Part shown: positions 19,906-36,463 of the stretch, piece by piece | How positions within the stretch are numbered: position 1 is the stretch's first letter | How the letters are laid out: every line of letters starts with the position of its first letter | Notes under the pieces: model-generated | The model's database searches: none | Told to the model about the DNA's origin: nothing | Seen by the model: only the letters and a program-made list of their open reading frames with translations | NCBI GenBank assembly: GCA_037447605.1 | Contig: CM074807.1 | Span: 3,236,829-3,300,828 of the forward strand | DNA length: 64,000 bases | Source of the DNA: Zygnema circumcarinatum SAG 698-1b | Taxonomy: Eukaryota > Plantae > Zygnematophyceae | Direction of reading: 5' to 3' | Translations under genes and position numbers: made by a program

Positions 19906-22900
19906 TCAACAGGTCAACGGCTTACATGTGACATGTAAACGCTCAGCCGTTCCCTTGTCATCTACGGCTTCCGTAATCTCCTCTTGGCGCACATTTTCAT
20001 GGTTGTGAAGTATCTGCTCAATCGAAAGTGGTAGGGAGGGAGGGAGGGAGGGGGGAAGGGAGGGAGGGACGACGAGAGGGAGTGAGGGAGAGGGAGCGAC
20101 CAATGTAGAAAAAGGAGGGAGAGGGAGGGGGGGAAGGGAGGGAAGGGAGGGAGAGAGAGAGAGAGTGGGGCGACGAGAGGGAGAGGGGGAGAGGGAGAGA
20201 GGGGAAGGCGGAAAGGGATGGAGGGAGGGAGAGGGACGACGAGAAGGAGAGAGTCAGAGTGGGAGGGATGAGACGAAGTAGGGAAGGGAGGAGGGACGGA
20301 GGAGGAAAATGGAGGAAAGGAGACGATAGGTGTGAGAAAGGAAGGGAGTGAGGAGAAGGCAGGGAGTTAGGGGCGAACGGAATCGACGGGTGAATGGAGG
20401 TAGAGAGAGGGAGGGAAGGAGGGAGAGAGAGACGTCCAGTTGGATCTCAACATACTACTTCCTTTCCTCTTTCCTCTCCTTCCCAATTTCTTTCCATTTT
20501 CTTTCCCCTTTCTTTCCCGTTTCTTTCCATTTCCCCTCCCTTCTCTTCTCTCCCCGGGGCTCACCTCGCGCATGGAGGCGGCGTTGTCACTTTCCATCCG
20601 CCGCACATCGCCCATCGTCACGTCACACCACTCGTCCATCCATCCAAATATCTTCTTGTGGCTCTCCAAAAATAGGGCTCGCTCGCCCTGCCCCAGTTCG
20701 CACTCACAAGCAAATGTCAAGCCAAAACCAAGCTAACTCGAGTAAAGTGAAGGCAATTCAAATGAAGGCAAAAGGAAACGTAAGTCAAATCAAGTCAAGC
20801 CAAGTCAGGCGAATTCGAGCGAAGTCAATTTTCATCAAGCAGAACGAGTTTGCCATTCACCGAAAGGATAGTTTTCTCGGCCCGCGTGCCCCATCCCCAA
20901 TATGGGACATTCACTGTCACTAATTTGTACGCCGTCATAATCGGAGATGTGCGGGTCTGCATCATCACGCATCGACGACATCACTCAGACACGTGTCAGT
21001 GCATACGCTCCCAACATCACGCAAACTATCCCTTCCCTCACTCTGTCCCCGTCCTTTGAGGAATGGGAATCGAACACAGAATTGAAGAACGAGTGCGAGA
21101 GAGAAAGTGAGAGAGAGAGGGAGGGGAAGGGGGAAGGGGGAAGGGTGAGGAGCGGGGAGGGAGAGGGGGGAAGGGGGGAGGGGAGATGGGGAGAGGGGGA
21201 CAGAGAGAGAGAGAAGAGGGACAAAGAGGGGGAGAGGGTGAGAGAAGAGAGAGATGGAGGAAGGGGGGAAGGGAGGGGAGCGGGGAAGGGGGAGGGGGGA
21301 GGGGAGAGAGGGAGGGGAGGGAGAATGGGAGAGAGAGAGAGAAGAGGGACAAAGAGGGGGAGAGAGTGAGAGAAGAGAGAGAGGGGGGGAGGGGGGANNN
21401 NNNNNNNAGAGGAGAGAGAGAGGGGGGAAAGGGGGGAAGGGGGGGGAGTGGGGAAGGGGGAGGGGGGACGGGAGAGGGGAGAGGGGTAGGGAGGGGAGAG
21501 AGGGAGAGAGGGGGAAAGAAGGGGAGCGAGGAGCGGGGAGCGGGGAGGGGGGAGGGGAGAGGGGAGAGGGGGAGAGAGGGATAGGAAAGGGAGAAAAAGG
21601 GGGAGAGAGTGAGAGAAGAGAGAGAGGACCTGCCAGCCTGGCAGCAGCGGGCCTCTCCCTGTCTTTTGCGACCTCGTGGCGGCGAGGTCAAGGCCCGCTC
21701 CGGGGATGACGTAGCTCCACCAATCGAGGGCGGTCTCTGCCACGTCGACAAAGTCCACGTGTCTCATCTCCAGCGCCTCCTGAGAGAGCTGGAGAGCCTG
21801 CCACGTGGCCACCCGGGTTTCATGTCTCAGTCAAACCAAAAAAAAACATTAGTCTAATAAATAAGGGGTTGCGTGAGTAATTCCATTAAGAACTCCTCTC
21901 CCTCTCTCTCGTTCACTCTCTCTATCTCTCTCTCTCCCCCTCTCTCTTTCTCTACCTTTCTCTCACATCGTTCTTTTAAGTTTTTTCAGAAACTTCGCTT
22001 CTCTATATTTTTCTGATTTCGAGATGCAGGCCAGAGAGGACAAAGGACAACAGAAGGAACCAGTTTCCATGTGGAAAATTTCGCACATTTTCTGTTGAAC
22101 CTGTGTCGGGAAGATGTATGGACTCCACTGTCAGCTTGAGACTGCTAAAATACGGACACTGCAAAATAAAAATAAAAATAAAAAATATGTATACATGAGA
22201 TGCGAGGAAGAAACAGTAGGTAAAACTTTTATTCACTCCATTTCAAGAGAGATCTTTGCCAGGCTTTGGCCTTTGTACTCACAGTTAGTTCTGACGGAAT
22301 GTAACGGAACCACCGTAGCAGGGAACAAGTTCCATGTGTGAACACCCCAACCAAAGTTCAAAAAGTTAAGCCCACAAAGACCGTAAGGACCTACTCTAAT
22401 GTTGTTTTTCATTAATACTATTTAAAAAAATGAATTAAAAAGCTAAAAAACAAAGAATTAAAAACTGGGGAAGATGATCTGCACCTGTCTTTATATGAGG
22501 AAATGCGTTCCATGACTTCTCCTCCAACTGGAGAGCGCTCGAAGGGGCAATAGCGCTCACCCACGAAGGGACTTTACTGTTATATATATACCCCATTTAG
22601 CCCTTTCCGAGAAAAGTAAAAATTTGGGCTAGCTAGCAACTAAACGACGAACAAATTACGAAAAGATTAAGAACGAATTAAAGAGGGTAAATTGGTGTTT
22701 TAGTGAGAAAAAAAAAATTACAAGTAGGAACTATCTACGGAGATAAGGCAGACCTGGCCAGCCGATATATCTTATGGGTGTATCGGCCCTTTCCCATTTT
22801 TTCATCGCTGAAATTTTCATTCACTAAAACTTCCACTCCTTCCGAGCCGTTCGTATTTTCCATTTCCATTTTCGTAACCGAATAGAGATGCCCCAATTCG

Positions 22901-25900
22901 TACTGCGCAAAAAAGTTACAATTTTTTCTGGTTGGGAGGATATTTGGGTGGAATAATATGAGAGGGAGAGAGTGAGAGAAAGGGAGGGAGAGAGGGAGGG
23001 AGGAAGGGGAGGGAGAGAGAGCAGGAGGAAAGGGAGAGAGAGGGCGCAGCGGAAGGAGAGAGAGCGGAGAGAGAGAGGGAGGGAGCGGGAGGAGGGAAGA
23101 GAGGAGGGGGAGCAGAGAGTGCGGGGGATAGGGCGAGAGGGAGAGGAGCAGGAAGGGGAATGAGAGGATGGAATAGCGAGAGTGGGGGTGAGGGAGGGAG
23201 AGAGGGAGCAGGAGGGGAGGGAAAGAGAGGGCGCAGCGGAAGCAAGGGAGAGGGAGCGGGAGAATGGGAAGAGCGGAGGGGGAACAGAGAGTGCGGGGGA
23301 TAGGGCGAGAGGGAGAGGATCAGGAATGGGAATGAGAGGATAGAATAGAGTGAGGGGGGGTGAGGGAGAGAGGGAGAAGTCCGCTGAAGAGAGTACTGAA
23401 GATAGTAGAGAGAGAGTGTGTTGATAGAGAGAACGAGGGAGGCCTTCAAGTGAGGCCTTAAAAATGGTCCCAAATTCCTTACTTAGATTATACAAATTCA
23501 AAGTTTAAAAGAAATAAACGTGTAGCTTTCTTACCTCCTCCAAAGAGAGAGGCATCACCACTCGACTGCTCGAACGTTCTCAAACAAAATTTGAGACTCG
23601 CGTTAAGGAATGAAACGATTAAAGATTACAGATGGACCAAACCTCATGAACACAATATAAGGAAAGGAAAGGGAGGAAAGATTGGCCTTGTTGATTGCAG
23701 GCCAGAGCGATGCTCTTGCATTTACACGCAGCCATCTATTAGGAGAGAGGGGAGGGGGGGAAGGGGGGAAGAGGCAGAGAGCGAGAGAGACAGGGGGTGG
23801 GGAGAGAGAGAGAGAGAGGAAGCGAGAGAGAGGGGAGTTGGAGAGAGAAGAAAGGTGAGAAAGAAGGGGGAAGAGAGAGAGGGAGATGGCACGGAGAGTG
23901 GGGGGGGGGGGAACAAGGGAAGAACGAGAGAGTTTTTTTCATTTTCTTTTCCTTTAACTTTCTTAAGTTAAAACCCAATAACGAGCCCATAAAGAAGACA
24001 CGGAAAANNNNNNNNNNCGCTTCTCTATATTTTTCTGATTTCGAGATGCAGGCCAGAGAGGACAAAGGACAACAGAAGGAACCAGTTTCCATGTGGAAAA
24101 TTTCGCACATTTTCTGTTGAACCTGTGTCGGGAAGATGTATGGACTCCACTGTCAGCTTGAGACTGCTAAAATACGGACACTGCAAAATAAAAATAAAAA
24201 TAAAAAATATGTATACATGAGATGCGAGGAAGAAACAGTAGGTAAAACTTTTATTCACTCCATTTCAAGAGAGATCTTTGCCAGGCTTTGGCCTTTGTAC
24301 TCACAGTTAGTTCTGACGGAATGTAACGGAACCACCGTAGCAGGGAACAAGTTCCATGTGTGAACACCCCAACCAAAGTTCAAAAAGTTAAGCCCACAAA
24401 GACCGTAAGGACCTACTCTAATGTTGTTTTTCATTAATACTATTTAAAAAAATGAATTAAAAAGCTAAAAAACAAAGAATTAAAAACTGGGGAAGATGAT
24501 CTGCACCTGTCTTTATATGAGGAAATGCGTTCCATGACTTCTCCTCCAACTGGAGAGCGCTCGAAGGGGCAATAGCGCTCACCCACGAAGGGACTTTACT
24601 GTTATATATATACCCCATTTAGCCCTTTCCGAGAAAAGTAAAAATTTGGGCTAGCTAGCAACTAAACGACGAACAAATTACGAAAAGATTAAGAACGAAT
24701 TAAAGAGGGTAAATTGGTGTTTTAGTGAGAAAAAAAAAATTACAAGTAGGAACTATCTACGGAGATAAGGCAGACCTGGCCAGCCGATATATCTTATGGG
24801 TGTATCGGCCCTTTCCCATTTTTTCATCGCTGAAATTTTCATTCACTAAAACTTCCACTCCTTCCGAGCCGTTCGTATTTTCCATTTCCATTTTCGTAAC
24901 CGAATAGAGATGCCCCAATTCGTACTGCGCAAAAAAGTTACAATTTTTTCTGGTTGGGAGGATATTTGGGTGGAATAATATGAGAGGGAGAGAGTGAGAG
25001 AAAGGGAGGGAGAGAGGGAGGGAGGAAGGGGAGGGAGAGAGAGCAGGAGGAAAGGGAGAGAGAGGGCGCAGCGGAAGGAGAGAGAGCGGAGAGAGAGAGG
25101 GAGGGAGCGGGAGGAGGGAAGAGAGGAGGGGGAGCAGAGAGTGCGGGGGATAGGGCGAGAGGGAGAGGAGCAGGAAGGGGAATGAGAGGATGGAATAGCG
25201 AGAGTGGGGGTGAGGGAGGGAGAGAGGGAGCAGGAGGGGAGGGAAAGAGAGGGCGCAGCGGAAGCAAGGGAGAGGGAGCGGGAGAATGGGAAGAGCGGAG
25301 GGGGAACAGAGAGTGCGGGGGATAGGGCGAGAGGGAGAGGATCAGGAATGGGAATGAGAGGATAGAATAGAGTGAGGGGGGGTGAGGGAGAGAGGGAGAA
25401 GTCCGCTGAAGAGAGTACTGAAGATAGTAGAGAGAGAGTGTGTTGATAGAGAGAACGAGGGAGGCCTTCAAGTGAGGCCTTAAAAATGGTCCCAAATTCC
25501 TTACTTAGATTATACAAATTCAAAGTTTAAAAGAAATAAACGTGTAGCTTTCTTACCTCCTCCAAAGAGAGAGGCATCACCACTCGACTGCTCGAACGTT
25601 CTCAAACAAAATTTGAGACTCGCGTTAAGGAATGAAACGATTAAAGATTACAGATGGACCAAACCTCATGAACACAATATAAGGAAAGGAAAGGGAGGAA
25701 AGATTGGCCTTGTTGATTGCAGGCCAGAGCGATGCTCTTGCATTTACACGCAGCCATCTATTAGGAGAGAGGGGAGGGGGGGAAGGGGGGAAGAGGCAGA
25801 GAGCGAGAGAGACAGGGGGTGGGGAGAGAGAGAGAGAGAGGAAGCGAGAGAGAGGGGAGTTGGAGAGAGAAGAAAGGTGAGAAAGAAGGGGGAAGAGAGA

Positions 25901-26158
25901 GAGGGAGATGGCACGGAGAGTGGGGGGGGGGGGAACAAGGGAAGAACGAGAGAGTTTTTTTCATTTTCTTTTCCTTTAACTTTCTTAAGTTAAAACCCAA
26001 TAACGAGCCCATAAAGAAGACACGGAAAAAGAACAAACTATGATAAGAAGACAGATCTGAGACAGAAGGGCCCCAACACCCCTCCTCCCCCCTCCTTCCC
26101 ATAACTTAATAAAATGGGTTCTCTCGGCTACAGGATACAACTCCGTCATCTGCACCAT
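19906..26158 (-). CDS. PITP: Class-I (START-like, IP_trans) phosphatidylinositol transfer protein, 288 aa, 10 exons
   Basis: Exons 26158-26139, 23565-23535, 22902-22754, 22576-22485, 22290-22283, 22158-22087, 21797-21630, 20956-20861, 20687-20565, 20013-19906 sum to 867 nt in frame. Motifs [67 protein letters not shown]. The last exon is the least certain. Confidence 0.92.
21996..26029. repeat. Direct duplication of 2012 bp (21996-24007 and 24018-26029) on either side of a 10-N gap; probable assembly overlap artefact
   Basis: Offset 2022 with identical ORF translations; the gap at 24008-24017 sits exactly at the junction. Confidence 0.9.
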
Positions 26159-27252
26159 CTCTCACGTTCCCGCCTTCGGATTATATAAATCAAATTAAAA
26201 AATAGAGGGGCAGGCGAGCCTGCGATAACCTCCTCAGTTAACTTCAACTTCTCTCTCTATCTCTCTCTCTCTCTCCGTTCTCTCCCCACTCTCTCCCACA
26301 CTCTCTTCCCACTCTCTCTCCCACTCCCTCTCTCTCCTACTCTCTCCCCACTCTCTCTCTCCCTCTCTCTCCCACTCTCTCCCCCCTCCTCTCTATCTCC
26401 CTCTCCCTCCCTCTCTCCCTGTCCTCCCTTCACCCCACCCCTCTGCCCTCTCTAGCCTATCGCCGCCCTCCACTCGGCCGCCTCCCCCCTCCCCACAAAC
26501 GGCCGCCAAGTCGCCAGCTGGGAGACCCAGATCAGTGAATTCTCTGTTTCTTTCGTCAAATTAAAACGTTTCAAGTTCTGCCCAATGTGCTCCGCCGGCA
26601 CCACCCGACCCCTCTCCGGCTGCCCGTCACCTAGAAACAAATTTCGAAAATTTTTCGCCAAATTTTTTTTTTGGAAGGGGTGGAATATCCTATTGGAGTC
26701 CACGTCAGAGCATTTGACTGACGTGGCTCCACTTCCGTACAAAGGAAATAAGATCGACGGCCATAATATGGACCACGTCCGAAAACAATTACGATCGGAC
26801 GCTGCAGAGCCTGACACGACTTAATGACCGATCTTGACCGAACTCGGGAGTGCCAGGTGGGAACAGAATCCGACAAGGCGTACACGTGTCTTTCATCGGG
26901 AACTTAACGCGACTTCAACTGTAACTGGAAAGGGGACTGTGAACTGCCCCTGTAAGAACTCAAGCCGTGATATCTGGTAACGAATCGGATGACTACATGT
27001 GACAAAATTTTGGCTGGTGATTGGCCGTGTCTGTCACGTCAGCATGCTGATGGGCTCCGAAACTGGAACATGCATGGGTCCCATGACTCCCGCAGGCCCT
27101 AACCCTAAAAGGCAAAGCGAGCGGGAGAGTGTGGGGAGAGAGAGCGAGAGGGCCCTACCCCTACAAAGCAAAGCGAGAGGGAGAGGGGGGAGAGAGAGAA
27201 AGAAAGAAGAGAGAGAGGAGAGAGAGGCTCTTTCACCCGCCTCCCTCCCATC

Positions 27253-31956
<4,704 letters not shown>

Positions 31957-32459
31957 TTGTGGGCTACTTGTGGACCAAAATCAAGTTATTTATCAATTTT
32001 TTTTTTTTTTTTTTAAATAATGAAATATAGAAGAGCATCTCAAATGTTTGGGTCTGTTTGCTTTGTTTTAAGGATGCATGAGTTGCCTCCATGCCATCCC
32101 ATGGGAAGTGGGGGGGGCATGGGGGGCCCATCTGCCTCATGGGGGGGCGCGGGGGGGGGGGGCATGGGCCCCATGCGGGGGATGGGGGGATGGCTCTCTC
32201 CCATGGAGACATGGATGGGGTCATGGGTCATGTCAGAGACGTTCTATGTTGGAGTTCTATGTGGCCGTGCAATCTGCTTCAGTGAATGCTCCGTTGAATT
32301 TCGCGCATGGAAATGGGCGCAATTCGAGTGTAGCGAGAGTCGTCCGTGCGGATAGTTCGCAGAATCGCAGAACGTCGGTTTGCACAAGGAGCTGTACGGT
32401 CTTTGTTTTGTTGTTCATACTGATGACGGTATTGTGACGTCACCATCTACTGCTGTCCG

Positions 32460-33660
32460 TACATCGTTTCAGACACCTACGTAGGTGTAATTTGTCGTTT
32501 TTTGAAAACCGCGTGGAAGAGGAGCAAGAGACAAACCATCGGGAGTCAGCAGGCCGATATATTTTGTCGTTTCAAATTACGACGATGTACCCGTCCTTTA
32601 CCGACAAAAGCTTTCCGGCTTTGGCGCTGACCGTGCAGATGCCAGCCGGCTGAACTGCCGGTGGGTGCTGGAACTATCGTCCGTCGGTCTTTGCCGATAC
32701 GCCGGCGATATGCTGATATGTGCTGCATCTTTGTCCGACATGCACTTACCGTACGGACGGTGCCGCCAAGGATGGTCGGTGGCTGGTGATGCGTTGGGAC
32801 AAAAGTCACAAAACGTTCTTGTCGCCTTCTCCGCGGATGAAGGGGTATTCGGCCGTACCGCTACCTTACAGCTAGCATGTACGAATTTTCTGGACGTATC
32901 TGTTCCTGGACATTTGTCGTGTACAATACATATGTTGCTTGTCGGTTTGGTGCGACCTAAAATTGACACGTATACAAAGGGGGTAGAAACGACAAAAATG
33001 CTTTGCTGGCATTCGTTCACAGCGCTTGGAAACAAAAATGATGACGTAAATGTAACGTCACTTCACGTCCTGGGTCGGAGGTCGAGTTTGGTTTAGGTTT
33101 TGTGCTATACTCTACAACCTTTGACCAGAGCCGACCGTTGTTGGTACGTCCAATGGCTTGGCTCATAAGGACCGTACGAAACGACTTCCTCAATTGCCAT
33201 GTCAGCAACGTTGTCCAATGGTCACACGCCACGTATCCAAACACGGGGCAACGACAAAAAGCAATCTTGTCGCATATTGTAAAATACAATATGGAACTGT
33301 ACGGCTCACTTTCTTCGATATTGTATGATGTTCCTGACCTCACAGAACCTGTCGTGTAGCGGATCACGTCACCAATGTTCCCTAATAAGACAACAAAATG
33401 ACCAAGGGGATACGACAAAATTAAAAGACAATACGACAAAAGCTGCTACATGGACCAACCATAGGCAGCGAATTTCGCCGACACTGCATAAGGACAAAAG
33501 AGCATCTAAGAAGCTTCGGCGAAAGTGCCTCGCTGATCCTTGCGCCAATCAGAGACGAGATGCCTCCCAGAACGACCTCCGCCGTACAAATATATGCCGA
33601 TACGCTACTCGGTATATAATATGCTGGGCGATATTCCCGATACTCGGCTGGCGAACCAGA
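32460..33660. mobile_element. CpG-rich intergenic element with inverted ACGACAAA repeats; possible non-autonomous DNA transposon
   Basis: TTTGTCGT at 32491, 32563, 32913; ACGACAAA at 32989, 33251, 33412, 33433; 16-bp palindrome ACACCTACGTAGGTGT at 32473-32488. No clean TIR or TSD found. Confidence 0.4.
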
Positions 33661-34126
33661 CGAAAGGGTAGGGCGGTGGGGGAGGGGGGAGGGGGGTCGA
33701 GGAATGGAGGGAGAGAGAGGGGGAGAGGGAGAGGGGAGGGAGGGAGATNNNNNNNNNNGGGGAGGGGGAGGGGGAGGGGGAAAGAGAGGGAGCGAGGGAC
33801 GGAGTGGGAGGGAGCGAGAGTGGGGGAGGGAGGGGGAGAGAGGGAGGGAGGGAGGGAGCGGGAGGGAGGGGCTTGGTGGAAAGGAGGGAGAGTGGGGGGG
33901 GAAGGAGGAGAGGGGGAGGGTGGGAGGGAGCGGGAGGGAGGGAGAGAGTGCGAGGGAGGGAGAGACAGGGAGGGAGCGAGAGCGAGGGAATGAGGGCGAG
34001 ACAGTGAAGGAGGGAGGAGAGAGTTGTAGAGAGGGAGAGAGTGGGAAAGCGAGCACGATAGAGAGAGCGAGAGACCGCGCAAGAGAGCGCGCGAGAGAGC
34101 GCGAGAAAGCGCGAGAAAGAGGGGAC

Positions 34127-34523
34127 ATGTCCGTGACGATTGTCTGCCATCCCTGGTCCTTTGATGGCGCCATCTCCATCGCCAAATTTGACCTAAAAGA
34201 CTCGCGTCTCAATGTTGACGACATCCTGAAGCGTTTCCGCCTCCTCCACATCGTCCTCTTCCGGACGTCGGACCCCGACAGCCGGAAGCTCTCCATGGAG
34301 CCCATCCCGGGGAGCGTTTGGAGCCGGAGGAGGTTCAGGGAGGGCGCCACTCTTCACATTTCGGGGACGAGGACGCCGGGAGGGCAGACGGGGGAGCTTC
34401 TCTCCGCGCTTCGGAGGACGGTGAAGAGGGCCCTCGGGTGCGACTTGAGGGAGGCGGAGCTTCCGCCTCCGGGAGAGCCGCCAGGTGGGTCTCTCTCTCT
34501 CTCCCTCTTTCTCTCTCACTCAC

Positions 34524-34559
<36 letters not shown>

Positions 34560-35392
34560 CCCACTCTCTGACACACTCGCATGTGTTTCTCTCATCGTGT
34601 GCCTGCCTTTCCTTCCCTACTCCCCGCCCCCTCTCTTCGACTCCCTTCAGCCAGCCTCTCCGACATAGAACTTACGCTTCCACCCTCCTTCCACTTTTAC
34701 TCTCTCATTCCATTTCTTCTCCCCTCGGTCCTTGTCTCTGCCCCTCCCGCCGCTCTCTCTTCTCCCGTCCTCCCTCCAACGCTCCCCTCATTTCTTCCCT
34801 TTTCCTCTCCCAGCAAAGTCCCCTTCCCCCATTTCCCGACTCCCTTCTCCACTCCCTCCCCCTCATTCCTTCGTTTTCTCCCACCCCCCCGCTTCCCCTA
34901 GGTAAGAGATCTTTGTCATTCTAAGACTTAATCTGTAGGCTTGTGTAAATCAAGTGAAAGGATAGCTCTCCCCTCTCCTCCTCTACCCCTCTCCCCCTCC
35001 CCCTCCCCCTNNNNNNNNNNCCCCTCCCTCCCTCCCTCCGTCTCTCCCTCCCTGCAGGCCCGGATTTCCCTCCCGATCGCTGCGAAGCTGAACTCATAGA
35101 GAGGGAGTTTCCAAGCCGCCGGTTCTCGTCCTCCTCCGTCGGCTCCGCCCCTTCCCGCGGTCGCCCGCGGGGGGGGTCCGCCTCGCAATTGGAGGGAGCG
35201 CCCTTGAGCGCCCTCGGGGGGAGCCGCCGGCACGTGCTCGCAGAGGAGGGGGGGAGAGGGGGGGAGAAGGTGGGGATGCAGTTTGAACCCAACGGACAAA
35301 TTACAATTCTGGTCGGCTCGGAGATGCCCGTTTCGAAAAGACTCGGAGATTCTGGGAGGTATTCGAGAGGAGCAGGGGGAGGGAGGGTGTGA
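34127..35392 (+). CDS. Hypothetical protein, ~230 aa, 2 exons
   Basis: ATG 34127 (MSVTIVCHPWSFDGAISIAKFDLKDSRLNVDDILKRF...), donor CCAG|GTGGGT ~34484, acceptor CTGCAG|GCC ~35058 in phase, stop 35392. The intron is CT-rich like other plus-strand introns. No family recognised. Confidence 0.65.
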
Positions 35393-36463
35393 GGGGGAGA
35401 GGGAGAGGGAGAGGGAGAGGGAGAGGGAGAGGGAGGAGAAAGGGTGAGATAATGCTGTGGTGCGGGAAACCCTAGGTTTCCGAAAGTTTTGGAGAGTGTG
35501 AAACGCTAAAAAAACAAAAATGAGTGGACGGAATGAAGGGGAGAAGTCTTCTAACGTTCAGAGAGAGGAGGGCGACACGTGTACAGAATGCGGCGCACAT
35601 GGCTTGCATACAGGGGCTCCATGTGGACATTTTTGAACAGAGAGAGGGGCGAAATCGGAGGGGTAGAAGGAACAGATTCGTTTGTAACGAAATGTGACAT
35701 AGTCATTTTTGTGAGACTGCAAAGAGAGGGAGAGAGAGGGAGTATAGAGGATTCACTCGTCAATTGCAAAGTACAAAGGGAGGTGTTGATGAGAGAGAGT
35801 TTTCCGGTGATCGGAAAGCCCTGCCAACCCTAATCGCTTTGGGTTGGAGGTTAGTGCAAATAAAGCAAAAGTTCTTTTGCTTGTATGCTATCATTTTTTA
35901 CTTCTATGTTGCCTTCATGCTTTGGCATTTGCAATCGAAATGTTTCTGGTCATGGAGATGATGATGATGCATGGATGGATGAGCAATGGAAGCCCAAGGA
36001 ACCACAGAATTTTTTTTCATAATACTTCAACGAAGGAAGGGCATTTGCTTTCCATTTAGGGTCTGTGTTTAAATAAATTCTTAATTTAGTATCTCAGTAC
36101 ATTCCTACCAGGATATCAACTAAAGCCTGTCGCCAATGAGCTAACAATCCTAATAAAATTTCTGTAAGAGAAGAAGCCTTAAAGGTCTGAACTAAGCCTG
36201 AACCCTTTCCAGTAATAACTCTTGTGCAGGATTGGCAGGATGAGGTTGCATGAGAGGAGGAGAAAAAGAAGCAGACCTTTCCTTGCTCTGAGTATCTTAC
36301 AGATGATTGAAACCGTACATTTGCAGAAAGAATTCGCTCCTGCCTTCAGCTGCTGCGCTATATTTGAAACATTCTAATCACAGCAAGGGTTAGAAACAAC
36401 ACACTGCCTACTCTTTCTATGTGAAATTTTGGCAACACATGAAGGGATTTTTTTACAAAAAAA

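Noticed and set aside
21996-26029. Tandem duplication of PITP exons 2-6 as a real exon-shuffling event
   Set aside because: The copies look identical and meet exactly at a 10-N gap, and including both would shift the frame (phase 2 in, phase 0 out). An unmerged contig overlap is the simpler explanation.
32440-32490. Helitron 3' end at the 16-bp palindrome
   Set aside because: No CTRR terminus at the expected distance on either strand and no matching 5' TC end identified.
32598-33993. ORFs inside the ACGACAAA element as a transposase remnant
   Set aside because: No DDE or other recognisable motifs; overlapping short ORFs on both strands are expected by chance.
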